This document shows positions 52,203-64,000 of a stretch of 64,000 nucleotides of DNA, one piece after another (position 1 is the stretch's first letter; each line of letters begins with the position of its first letter). Under the pieces are notes generated by a model that saw nothing but the letters and a program-made list of their open reading frames with translations, searched no databases and was not told the origin of the DNA. Source of the stretch: Eledone cirrhosa (taxonomy: Eukaryota); assembly GCA_964016885.1 (NCBI GenBank), contig OZ024743.1:356500001-356564000 (forward strand), read 5' to 3'. Both the position numbers and the translations under genes were made by a program.

Positions 52203-52531
52203 CAGTTGTCCCCCAGTATTCACGGGGGTTACGTTCCTAAAGCATCGACGAAGAGTGAAAAACCGCGAATATTGGACGTGGTCCATAAAAATGCCTATAA
52301 AGTCAAAACATAGCGCGAAATATAGGCTGGCAAACGCTGTATATTGTTATTAATAATTTAACATTAACAAGCGTGAAAAAATATATATTGCCATGGAAAA
52401 AAAACCATTAAAAAATTACGGAAGATATTTACAACTCCACAAATATGCGGTGGTTTCCACAAACAATTATTAATTAGGTTCTAAGGAAAATTTTGTGAAT
52501 AATCGTAACCGCAAAGGGCGAGAGTACACAG
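52203..52531. mobile_element. Tigger/pogo-like MITE
   Basis: TA-cagttgtccccc ... gagtacacag-TA; inverted relative at 58038-58344. Confidence 0.75.
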
Positions 52532-52544
52532 TATATACATATCA

Positions 52545-52892
52545 TCATTTCATCATCATTTCATTTTACGTCCGCTTTTTCCCTGCTTGTAAGGGTGGGA
52601 CGGGAACTGGTTCTGGCTTGATTTCTACAGCTGGATGCCCTTCCTAACACCAACCTCATTTACAGTGAGTGCTGGGTGCTTTTATGCCGTGGCACCTCCA
52701 CGACCACTTTGCAGTGGAATGATAGGGATCCCAGTCCCTATCATCTCATTTCTACAGCTGAGTAAACTGGAGCAATGTGAAATAAAGTGTCTTGCTCAAG
52801 GAAACAACACATCACCCGGTCTGAGAATTGAACTCACAACCTTTCGATTGCAAGGCCCATGCTCTAACCACTAAGCCATGTATAACCACTAA

Positions 52893-52895
<3 letters not shown>
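52545..52895 (-). mobile_element. Near full-length SINE family 2
   Basis: Same structure as 30672-31053; short duplication at the 5' end. Confidence 0.9.
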
Positions 52896-52988
<93 letters not shown>

Positions 52989-52989
52989 A

Positions 52990-53229
52990 ATGAAGTAATT
53001 CCGTCGGAAAAGTCCAGGAAAAAAGAGTGCTCTATGTAGGTGACAGAGCTTAATAGTTATGTAATAAACAACATAAACCAGTGGTTTCTTAAAAGCAAAA
53101 GATTTTGCTTTCAATCCTCAGAATGAAAAACCAGTTTTTTTCATTCTGAGGATTGAAAGCATAATCTTTTGCTTTTAAGAAACCACTGGTAAATGGAATA
53201 ATTGCCTTATGTTGTTTATTACATAACTA
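52990..53229. mobile_element. Foldback element carrying back-to-back hammerhead motifs
   Basis: Palindrome 53054-53229 in (TA)n; same-family tail at 63160-63270. Confidence 0.65.
53140..53197 (+). ncRNA. Minimal type I hammerhead ribozyme, intact core
   Basis: Stem I ttcatt/aatgga; CUGAGGA; stem II ttgaaagca/tgcttttaa; GAAA; stem III acca-c-tggt; predicted cleavage after GUA (53191). Confidence 0.72.
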
Positions 53230-53348
53230 TATATATATATATACAACACACTCAAGTTTGGTGAAAAAAAAAAACGATTACTTATTCAGTCTGTAAAACA
53301 ATAGGTTAAGTACTAGTGATAATAATAGTTACCAAAATGTTCAATACA

Positions 53349-53388
<40 letters not shown>

Positions 53389-54119
53389 ATTAGATGACAT
53401 TCAAAAGTTGAGAGAATCTCTCCACATGTTGCTTCAAGGTAGAATTAGTTGATCATTGCTAACACACACACCTGTCAATCACACACTGACCTTATAGCTG
53501 ATAGCAGTGAACTGAGCCTTATTTCTATGGCAACTATGCATGTCTTTGTGGACAGTGCCAGCAAAATGTAAAGTGTTTATTCTTATAATTTTTTTTTAAC
53601 TGGTGTCATTCATTAGACTGCACCCATGCTGGAGCATCGCGTTAAAGGGATTTAGTTGATCATATTGACCCCAATACTTATTTTAAAGTCCTGTAGTTAT
53701 TACATCCACATGGACCTAGACACGGACATGGACGAGGACACACACACACACACACATCATCATTATCATTATCATCGTTTAACATCTATTTTCCATGCTA
53801 GCAATATATGTAGTACCCTCAGCATCTCCCAACTCTATTTCCAGAGAGACCTGCCTACATACAAATTGTAAATAATATATAATAAATAAAATCGTTAGTT
53901 TATATTTAATAAATAATATATAACATATACTATGTATAAATAAATATTATATATTTTTTATTTTACTATATATATATAACATGTATCATTTGATATTTAA
54001 TATACTATTATATCATCTCTCTTGCCCAATTAGGCTGCAGCGCATCCTGGACCTCTGCAATGCCCCAGGGGCAGTAGCACCCACGTTGAGAACTTCTGGT
54101 TTAAATCTACCTACTAATC

Positions 54120-54923
54120 CAGTATTTCCCAAAGTAGGTTCCATGAAAATATTCTGGGGTTACATAAGATAAAGTGGTTTTGATAAAAATAAAATAATTC
54201 ATATTTTGTTTTATATAAATAAATTCTCTCTCTAAACCAATTTCTGTTTCATTTAACTCTTTTGATACCAAACCACCTGAAACCACACTGGGTTTATGAT
54301 ACAAAACTGCTCATTTCAAAATGTTTAACCTTCTAATAAAATCTTCCATTATAATTATACTAGGATTCTTTTCAATACGCTGACGCATATGTGTATACAT
54401 TTTTATATATGAATATATAAATATAAATGCGCAAACAGACACACTTACAAAAATACACGTTCACAGACATACATACATTCACACACACACACACACACAT
54501 ACATACACACTTACACACATCGTAGCAAATGAAACGCCAGTCACTGTTTTACTATAGTTTTTTCACCATCTCCTTCATTCTTTTTACACACACATACATT
54601 CACAAACACACACACACATTGTGTGACAGACGAACGGATGGACGGAAGTCACTTGAATTTATATAGAGATTTTAGAAACTTTTAAGCAATGTTAAGTAAA
54701 GTTCTAAATATCAGCTAACTAATGAAAAAAGTTATTTTAATAATTTCCGACAAATTTCTGGTTATTAACTGGAATTTAAAATTAATTGAAACACACAGGC
54801 AATGTATCATTAGAATTAAGTAAACGAAAGGGTTAACGTCTTACACATACAAATTAGAGTGGTAGGGATTCTCTGTAAAATAAAAGCATGGGTTCCACAA
54901 CAAAATTAGTTTCAGAAGCACTG
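54120..54923. mobile_element. hAT-like MITE containing a TTAA MITE (54257-54832), which contains a Helitron (54360-54669, -)
   Basis: Outer cagtatttcccaaa / tttcagaagcactg with TSD tactaatc / cactagtc; TTAA at 54253 and 54833; CTAG at 54360 and TC start at 54669. Confidence 0.6.
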
Positions 54924-55464
54924 CACTAGTCAAACAGTCTGAAATACATTGAGCTATAGAGGGTTAAGCTGTCAAAACTATATTGATCCCAACAAAAACA
55001 CACATACACTGACACAAAATGCTATTGACCTGTTGGCCTTCACAAATGGAAAATTTATTGTTTTAAATTGATGTTTATCAGACCTTCTACTCTTACTTCT
55101 CACTCATATCCCTTGCTTCCTTCCTTCCCTCTCCCTCTCTCTCTGTTACTAAATTGCTCTAACAGAGAAATGAAGAGTTTTTTGTTGTTGATTTTCTTTT
55201 TTTTTTTTTATTTAATTCCTACATAGTCATAATGATTATTATTGCACCACAGGCCGGAAAGGAGATCATTTCAGCTGTCTTGTGCGATGTTGCCTCTCAT
55301 CATTCGGCAAATGATGTACAGAGAAATTGTTTAATAACGAGAGTAGTATCCACTTGAAATGTAGCCAACATAAACTCATTTTTATCTCAAATTATTATCA
55401 TTAATTTTTGTAATTTATATTATCTTCATTGTTACTACTACTACAAGTAGTAGTAGTAATTAAT

Positions 55465-55830
55465 AATTGTTTCTACAATAGGCACAAGGCCAGTAATTAT
55501 CCCAGTGTATTACTGGTACTTTATTTTATCGACCCCGTAAGGATGAAAGGCAAAGTCAACCTCGGCGGGATTTGAACTCAGATCGGAAAGGGCCGTAACT
55601 ATGTTGGAAAGCATGGCGTCCGACCCTCTACCGATACTGCAATAGTAGTAATTAATTGTTTCTACTTTAGGCACAAGGCCAGCAATTACCCAGTGTATTA
55701 CTGGTACTTTATTTTATCGACCCCGTAAGGATGAAAGGCAAAGTCAACGTCGGCGGGATTTGAACTCAGATCGTAAAGGGACGTAACTATGTTGGAAAGC
55801 ATGGCGTCCGACCCTCTACCGATACTGCAA
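55465..55830 (-). mobile_element. Tandem pair of family 1 SINEs truncated at the same base
   Basis: tagtagtaattaat at 55451, 55643 and 55831. Confidence 0.9.
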
Positions 55831-57424
55831 TAGTAGTAATTAATAATGAAAGACGATGGTGATAATGATACTACTACTACTACTAACAGTAGTAGTAGTA
55901 GTAGTAGTAGTATCATTATCATCTTTCATTATTAATTAACAAACAACTATTTTTTAAAATAAGTAACAATACTCACACTATTGTTATAATTAGTTTTGTT
56001 TGTTGGTTATTTTTGGCTGTATGTAATTTACTGGGTCATTTCATCATTATCATTATGATGATCCTCATCATCATCACCACTATACACCCTCTCCTTTCTC
56101 TTCATCGTCATCTCAAAAATTGATAATGATTGTTTCTACTTTTGGCACAAGGCCAGCAAAATACCAAGCGTATTACTGGTACTTTATTTTATCAACCCCC
56201 GCAAGGTTGAAAGGCAAAGTTAACATTGGCGGGATTTGAACTCAGTGATAATAATAATAAAAGATATGTACCAGTAAAATAATTTCATGATCTAATGTTA
56301 TCTCTTTGACCATATACTCCCTTATAAAGATAGCCTTGTGCCTCATTAATAGGAAACAGCATCATCATCAGAAACATGTTCGTTGTTATAACCACTACTG
56401 TTGTAATTACAACTCACACCTATATAGGTTTAACTGGGCTCCTAGGAAGTTGCATCACATAGATTTCTCAGTCCAATTATGAAAAACTCTCCCACGGACC
56501 AGATACCACTACATTAACAGCCAGTTGCAGTTGATAATTATTTTCTTCCCGATAAGTGAACTAGAGCAGCAACATGAAAGGGAGCAGCTTGCCCAGGGAC
56601 ACAGCATCCTCCCCAGTCCAAGAGTGGAACATATGACCTAATGACTGTGAATACAACACCCTATGCACTAGGCCACATACCTTCACTTCATTCTTATGTT
56701 TTTTATTAAAAAAAAATTGAAATGAGGTTTACAGCTCACAACAAAATATATTGAGCTGGTCTCTTCTGGGGTTATATCTCATAGTGGGTTTCTTTTGTGT
56801 TTTAATGATGGGTCCCTAGTCCTATCACCAACAGTAACATCAAACAAAACATCTTGCTTGAGAATATGATGCGCCATTTGGTCGAGGACTGGAACTCATG
56901 ACCTTATGATCGCAAGTTATTTGTTTCCATCCCTATGTGTTCTGAATTTGAATCCCATTGGGGTCAAATTTGCCAGCTCATCCTTCTTCATCAATAAATC
57001 CCTGTGTTGTAGAATTAATCCTCTACCCAGTCTAATACCAACACCCAACTCTTGGGAGGTTGTAGCAGAGTCTACTCTATTGCAAGTATTTAGTATGATC
57101 TCTAGTGTCGATATAACTTTCTCAAACCTGTCTTTAAAGACATGAAAAAAGTTATGTGAACTGTTGTTCCTGACTAAACAGAAGAAAAAATACATACAGA
57201 AATAGACATTACACACAAACATGCACAGAAATACACAGATTTAAAGAATTTAAGTTCACTTGGAGCAGCATTTCCTAAAGTTGATTGCAGGATACTCCAG
57301 GAGTCAATGAAAAAATTACAGAGTTTTACAAGTTAAGGTGGCACTTTGTAAAATTTAATAGAAATTTATATGATTTTTCTATACGAATAAGTTCTTTCCC
57401 TACAACCAATTTTCTTTTATTTAA

Positions 57425-57649
57425 CCCTTTAGCATTTACATTACTCTATATTTACTATTACATTTTCACAGTAACCGCTTTACCTCACATAATTATCTAT
57501 CTCACATAAAATCGAATCTATGAGATTTTGATATTATTTATTTTGAGAAGAATACCTTAACATCAGTATATGTGGCCAGCTACAGCTGGTTTGAACAGAA
57601 AAAAGTGAGAACATTCTGGCCAGATACAGCTGGATTAAATACTAAAGGG
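57425..57649. mobile_element. TTAA-specific MITE
   Basis: ttaa-ccctttagcattta ... taaatactaaaggg-ttaa. Confidence 0.8.
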
Positions 57650-58037
57650 TTAATGTCTGTCTTATTAATGGTTAAAGATGACAAAGGAGGAAATGAAAGT
57701 AACGGGTTCAGTGAGAGAATATGTAGAGTATGTGAGAAGCCGGTCATAAAGCCCACAAGGCTAAGCCCTGCTTTAACAGGGAAAGTTGCCTTAAAATGTT
57801 TGTATTGTGTTACTGTCTTCATAAAATTGAGGTAAGTATTACCTATGAAATATAGTTATAGGTTCTGTAAATTATGGAAAAATGTATAGTGGTTCTGTGG
57901 CAACATAAATTTTGGAACACTAGGTTACAACTCAAGACGTAGGAGTTGGTACCACAATACCATACATCATCGTTATCATCAGTTCTATGAATGCGACAAG
58001 TGGAGAAGAGACAAACACACAGATACACACATACACA

Positions 58038-58344
58038 CAGTGTACCCCCGGCATTCGTGGTCCAGGTTATTTGCGGAATTATCCTTAGAACCTAACTAAT
58101 AATTGTTCATGGAAACCACCACATATTTGCGGAATCGTAAATATCTTCCGTAAATTTTTCATGGCAATATATATTTTTTAAACTCTAAATTATTAATAAC
58201 AATACACCGCATTTGCCAGCCTATATTTTACGCTATGTTTTGACGTTTATAGGCATTTTTATGGACCACATCCAATATTCGTGGTTTTTCAATCTTCGCA
58301 GGTGCTCTAGGAACGTGACTCCCACAAATACCAGGAGACAACTG
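58038..58344. mobile_element. Tigger/pogo-like MITE (inverse of 52203-52531)
   Basis: Colinear reverse-complement similarity along its length. Confidence 0.75.
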
Positions 58345-58516
58345 TATATCATATGTAAAGTTCAAACTTTAAAAGTACTGAAAGATTATGAGGGTCATAG
58401 AAAATATAGGAAATTTCAGACACTGAAAATAACTGCGCAGTTGGTTGCTATAAATGGCTTATAACATTGGGTAAAGACCTCTTATAGATGGTAAAATAAA
58501 CAGCCCCCTGACAAAA

Positions 58517-58595
58517 GCCATTTAGCTCAATGGTTAGAGCAGTTAACCAGTATCTGAAAGATATGGTGTTCGATACTTTATAACAACTGCTGGCC
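58517..58595 (+). pseudogene. tRNA-like sequence inside inverted repeats (not a functional tRNA)
   Basis: tagctcaatggttagagc (D arm/A box) and gttcgatac (B box); acceptor and anticodon stems do not pair well. Confidence 0.55.
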
Positions 58596-58720
58596 ACTTT
58601 TTTTCCATCTATAAGGGATATTTACCTAAATTTCGAAGCTATTTCTAGCAAATTTACATATATTTCCTGAATCTGCTTTTCCTACACTCTCCCTGTATGT
58701 GTATATATATATATATATAT

Positions 58721-58802
58721 ATGAAAGACGTAAAATAAGAAAGTTATAAAAATTAACTTACTAAAATTTCACTCTATAATTTTCTTATTTTACGTCTTTC
58801 AT
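58721..58802. repeat. Short foldback next to (TA)n
   Basis: atgaaagacgtaaaataagaaagttata / tataattttcttattttacgtctttcat. Confidence 0.85.
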
Positions 58803-58913
58803 ATAATTGTTCTGCATCCCTTTGCATTGAACCACAAAGTTACTAAGACAAAACCTATATATTTGCTAGCATAGGTATGCATCTGTATATATATGTTGGT
58901 AGATACACTAATT

Positions 58914-58954
<41 letters not shown>

Positions 58955-59448
58955 CACACACATGGCTTACATATACAAATACTCTGAAATACTTCATGCT
59001 TCAGTGGATAGAGTGAGTAATGTACCTTATTTATGTATTAGTTTTACAGGATTAATTCCATTTTGATTCTGAATTTGTGATTAGATTCTTCTAGAACAAA
59101 CAAAATTAATTCTGTCAAACTAGTATATAAATAAAGTATTTATACATACACAAGTAGAACGGATTTTCTTAGTTTCAATGACTAAACTTACTCACAAGGC
59201 ATTGGTCAGATAAACTATAATAGAAGATCCATAAGGTTCCGTGCATTAGGACAGAATGCAAAGCAAACTTCTTAACCACTCGGCCATCCTGCACTTACAC
59301 TTTTGGATGACAATTTTGTTTCAGCACCAATAATAAATTGGAGTAAAATCGAATCCCTATACACAGATTCCTCTTTACAGCTGTGTGTGTGTATGAGAAA
59401 ACAAACTTCAAAATATCTAATCATTTATATAATGATCATTGTTTAATG

Positions 59449-59608
59449 CAGAGGTTCTCAAAGTGGGCGCTACCGTGTTGAGAAGGTCCAGGGGGCACTG
59501 GGGCCTAAGGGGTCGGTAGAAATGATATAATAGTATATTAAATATCAAATGATACATATTATATATAAATATAGTAAAATAAAAAATATATGATATTTAT
59601 TTATACAT
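59449..59608. mobile_element. hAT-like MITE end, truncated by the RTE-C insertion
   Basis: cagaggttctcaaagtggg; reverse complement of 53932-54098. Confidence 0.65.
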
Positions 59609-59609
59609 A

Positions 59610-62600
59610 TCATCATCATTTTATGTCCGCTTTTCCCTGCTTGCAAGGGTTGGACGGGTTTTATTCAGCACAGCATCTCCTCACTTGTCATGGTCCTTCG
59701 TCATCTCCTCGGTGAGTTTCAGCGATCTGAGGTCTGCTCTCAACACCTCCGCCCATGTTTTTCGCGTCTTCCTTCTACTGGGATTTCTTGGCACTTCTTT
59801 ACCCAGCGGTCATCCTTCATGCGCATCACATGTCCATACCATCTCAGCCTTCTCTCCTGCACACCACATCTTATCCCTCTTATACCCAGTTTCTTTCTCA
59901 ACTCGTCTATGCTTGGTCGTTCACGCACATTGGCATTGCACATCCAACGGAGCATATTTTCTTCATTTCTCTCCAGCTGTCGCATATCTTCTGCCTCACT
60001 ACCATGCAGCATCACGCATCTCACACAGGCATCATATAACCGTCCTTTCGTACGCAGGGAGAAACCCTTCTTTGTCACAGAGGAAGCAGCTCCCTAAACT
60101 TCTTCCAACCCGTCATTCTAGATACTATAGCCTCGGAACACCCCCCCCCCCTCTTCCATGTTAATCTGATCACCTAGGTACAGGAGGCTATCAAGCACTT
60201 CTATAGAACCCACCTGGATTGGAAAGATGTGTCTATCACTGCGATTACTACTGCCAACTTTCCTTGTAGTTTTCCCTACCTGTTAGTTTTCCTTCTATCC
60301 CACTACATCTCTTGTGTACCCAAGATCTGCATTGTGTACATTTTATGGAATTTATGCCAGTTCCTTTCCTACATATCAACATGGCCATTTCCCCGATGGA
60401 ATCAGAGTATTGTCCTTTCTTCTATTTATCAACACTTTTGTTTTAGCTATGTTCACTCTCAGGCCTCTTGATTCCAACTGCTGTTTCCATAGCCAGAATT
60501 TATTCTCTAGCTCCTCTACAGATTCTGCTATAAGTTCCCATGGGCTTAAACTCCTCTGTTATGGCTTGGAGGATAATAATGAAGAAGAGCGGCCTGAGGA
60601 CCAAATCCTGATGTACACCTACTTGTATCTGGAATTCCTCACTAAACTCCATTCCTATTCTCACTTTACTGACAGCACCCCTGTACATAACTTGCACTGT
60701 CCTCACAAGCCATTCCTCAACACCTAGTTTCCTTAGGGACCACCAGATGACAGATCGGGGTACCCTATCAAAGGCCTTCTCTAGGTCAACAAAAGCTAAG
60801 TATAGTGGCTTATTCTTCTTTAAGAATCTCTCTTGTAGTTGCCTCACTAAGAAGAGGGCATCTGTTGTACTTTTCCCAGGCACAAAACCAAACTGCATCT
60901 CATCTAATTGGACCCTTTCTCTAATCAGTTGCGCTAATATTCTCTCTGCCACTTTCATAACCTGATCCATCAGCTTTATGCCCCTATAATTGCTCCTCTC
61001 TGGAGCATCCCCTTTACCTTTATAGCAATTTATGAAAATACTGCTGCACCAGTCTTTGGGTATGACGCCACCATATATAGCCTGATTGATAATGTGTGCA
61101 ACTAGTTTAGTGCCTACTTCTCCTGATGCCTTCAGCATCTCAGCAACTATCCCCGATCCAGCAGCCTTACCATGTTTCATTTCCTTAATCGCCTCATGTA
61201 CCCTATATTCGTCAATCTCAATAGCTGGTCCCTCTGCCGGGTCTACTGGGGGTAATTTCTCTCTGTTCCATTCGTTCTCCACATTCATCAGTCTCTCATA
61301 ATGACATTTCCAGGCCTCCTTTTTTTGATCATTCGTGACACTAAGTACACCCGCATTATTCCGGACACACTTATCTCCAACAACATCCTGATTTGCACTG
61401 ACACACTGCCTTGCAATACGGAACACCACACATCTCTGATCTTCCCGTCACAGAACATTAGTAAATCTCCTACTCTCAGCCTCCCTGCGTGCGTCTCTAC
61501 TCCCACCGTTTTTCCAAGCCTTCCATGCCAGTCTTTTGTCTCTAATGGCCCTATCTACCATGCTGTTCCGCCACCAGGTCACTCTCTGTCTGGTTGAATC
61601 TCTGCCCCAACCACAAGTTTCTTCAGTAGCCTGTTGTCACGCAAGAAATTCCAGTTATCATCTATGTCATACAACTCTAAATCGTCTTCTTTTTCGTCAT
61701 ACACATCTTGAAGGGCTTTGCTAAATTTATATTTTAATGAAAGGTCTTTTAGCTTCGAGACATTTCTTTTCCACACCTTCCTGTATGTCTCATTCTTTCT
61801 CTTGCTTACTGAGATGTCACTAACGACTAACCTATGCTGTGGGGTACATTCTTCCCCGGGGTATGCCTTAGTATTTGACACCATCTGTCTGTCTCACTGT
61901 CTCACTAGCAGGAAGTCAATCTGGCTTAGGTGCTCACCTGATTTGTAGGTTATTAGGTGGTTGGTAGGCTTCTGGAAGTTAGTGTTGCAAATGGCTAGTG
62001 CATTTGCATCACAAAATTCAAGTAGCCTCACTCCTTCTTCATTTCTTGAGCCGTAACCGTGCCCACCATGTACCCCGTGCCCACCAAGTCCCCCGCTAGC
62101 ATAACGATGTCTCTGTCCTCTGTCATGGAGGCTGCTGTAAAAGTTGCTCGTAAAAGCAGTCTTTCTCTTCTTTACCTAGGCCTGCCTGGGGAGCATAGGC
62201 AGAGATGATTGTCAGTAGTCACTTGCCTACAACTAATCTAAGCTTAATTATTCTATTACTAACTCTGACTACCTCTATTGTCTTATTGATCCATCTCTCA
62301 GCCAGTAATATGCCCACAGAGTGCCAACATTAAGTGTGGCAACTCTGAGATGCGACGTCCCGTTCTTTTTCCAGTTGTGCGATTGCCTGATGACGGTCGT
62401 GGGGTTCTCACACATGGCCTCACAAGGCACCCCGCTACCTTGCGCAGCCCTAACATGGTTAGTGTTATTGCTGTTTGCGCAGTTGTTTCTGTGCGATTGT
62501 TTGATGACGGTCGGGAAGGGGGGGGGGGTGTTTCTCGCACACGACTATACCAGCCTCCCCACTACCGTGCACAGCCCTAACATGGTTAGTGTTATTGCTG

Positions 62601-62945
62601 TTGACACAGTTGTTGCAATTCTTATTTGTTGTGCTCATAATTTTGCTATTTATTATACTGGTTGGATGCCCTTCCTAACACCAGCACCACTTTACAGCAT
62701 GGACTGGGTGCTTTTATTCGTGCCACCAGCATTAGAGAGGTTGTCTTACTGGACTCAGGGGCCCTCTTTACCCCTCCATTTTACAGCATGGACTGGGTGT
62801 TTTTATTCGTGCCACCAGCACTAGGGAAGTTGTCTTACTGGAATTAGGGGACTTCTCTACCCTGCACCAATTTATTCAGAGTGGTAGCTCTCCTAGACGA
62901 GTTGCCTACATTGCGGCTTACGGAGTCTCCGCCCGCCCCTTGTCT
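59610..62945 (-). mobile_element. RTE-clade LINE family C, degraded but probably full length including 5'UTR
   Basis: RT/APE fragments; LRVATLNVGTL (APE start) near 62317-62349; upstream GC-rich leader with two internal duplications. Confidence 0.85.
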
Positions 62946-64000
62946 GTTCTATGATATATTCACGAGGGAGTGGTTAGCATACAGCGTCGAGCATGTATAC
63001 CGAATGTGGTGGGTAGGAAGTGAGAACCGTAATGGCTGATACATAGAATTTTAACACAGTTACATATACTATTTGACATAATTTTGGAGATATGAAGAAA
63101 ACAAAACCTATCTTTAAGGAATCCACGTAGAGTAATGATTTTCACGCATAGAGTCTTTGTGAAACCTTTGGTAAATGGAATAATTGCCTTATGTTGTTTA
63201 TTACATAACTAAATAGCTCTGTAGCTTACATAGAGCACTCTCCTTTCCTTTACCCTTCCTACAGAAATATTTAATATATATATATATTAATGAGAACATT
63301 TGAAACAAACGGAGAGAAAAACATTTTGGCTTTTTTCCATTAATTCTTGTTCATTGAGATGTTTTCATTTGGTATTCACACACACACACACACACACACG
63401 CACGTATGACAGCCAACCCTTTTTGCAATGGACATTAAGCATTGGGAGAAATCAGCTATATTGAACTTAGGAGAGAGGAAACTGAAGGCATGGATTTGTG
63501 CAGGCATGGCTATAAGCACAAGCATGATAGACAAGCATAACTGTGTAACTTCAGATTCTATTCCTCTATATGCTACCTAAGTTTAGTGTCTTCTAACCAA
63601 TACCTTGTGAGTGAATTCTGTAAACTGTATTGAGTCTGTCATATATATATATCATCATCATCGCTTAATGCCTGTCTTCTCTGCTAGCAAGGGTTGGGCA
63701 GGTTTTCAAAGACAGTCAGTACATAAATATTTACACACACACACACACATACATACACACAAATGTGTATGTGTATACATGCCTGTGTATTTGTTAGTCT
63801 CCATGCCTTCATCTTCACTTCACATTTGACACTGCTACTGGCAGTATTTGTTTATGTCCAACAGAAACGAAAGTCCCCCTACTCAGCAGTTCAACTTGTG
63901 AAAATCAGTACCTCACATGAACAAAAAAATTAGAGTTGGCCCGATGAAAGACATAGCCACAGAATACTGACTGCCTCAAGAAAGTATTGTCCAGCACATG

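Noticed and set aside
56917-57130. Minus-strand ORF FEKVISTLEIILNTCNRVD...
   Set aside because: No homology recognised, and it runs into decayed SINE sequence
57844-57984. Minus-strand segment with acceptor- and donor-like ends
   Set aside because: All three frames contain a stop; no recognisable protein
58517-58595. Functional tRNA gene
   Set aside because: Cloverleaf cannot be closed; only D-arm and T-loop motifs survive

Overview
AT-rich animal genomic DNA, most likely from an octopod cephalopod (inferred from the SINE families and the very dense (TA)n/(CA)n/(GA)n microsatellites). No host protein-coding gene is clearly recognisable, apart from one weak candidate 3'-terminal exon on the minus strand near 2.5 kb, so the window looks intronic or intergenic. 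It is dominated by three families of RTE-clade LINEs (called A, B and C here). One copy has an uninterrupted APE-RT frame of about 1000 codons, and all three families carry a C4HC3 (PHD-type) zinc finger inserted inside the RT region. Also present are two tRNA-derived SINE families, decayed Dong/R4-like LINE ends, Helitrons, and hAT, Tc1-mariner/pogo and TTAA-type MITEs. The least expected signal is a set of short, non-coding foldback elements, from several sequence-unrelated families, sitting in (TA)n tracts. Several carry minimal type I hammerhead ribozyme motifs (two with intact cores, others decayed), the architecture of Penelope-like/retrozyme RNAs. All calls are by eye; no searches were run.
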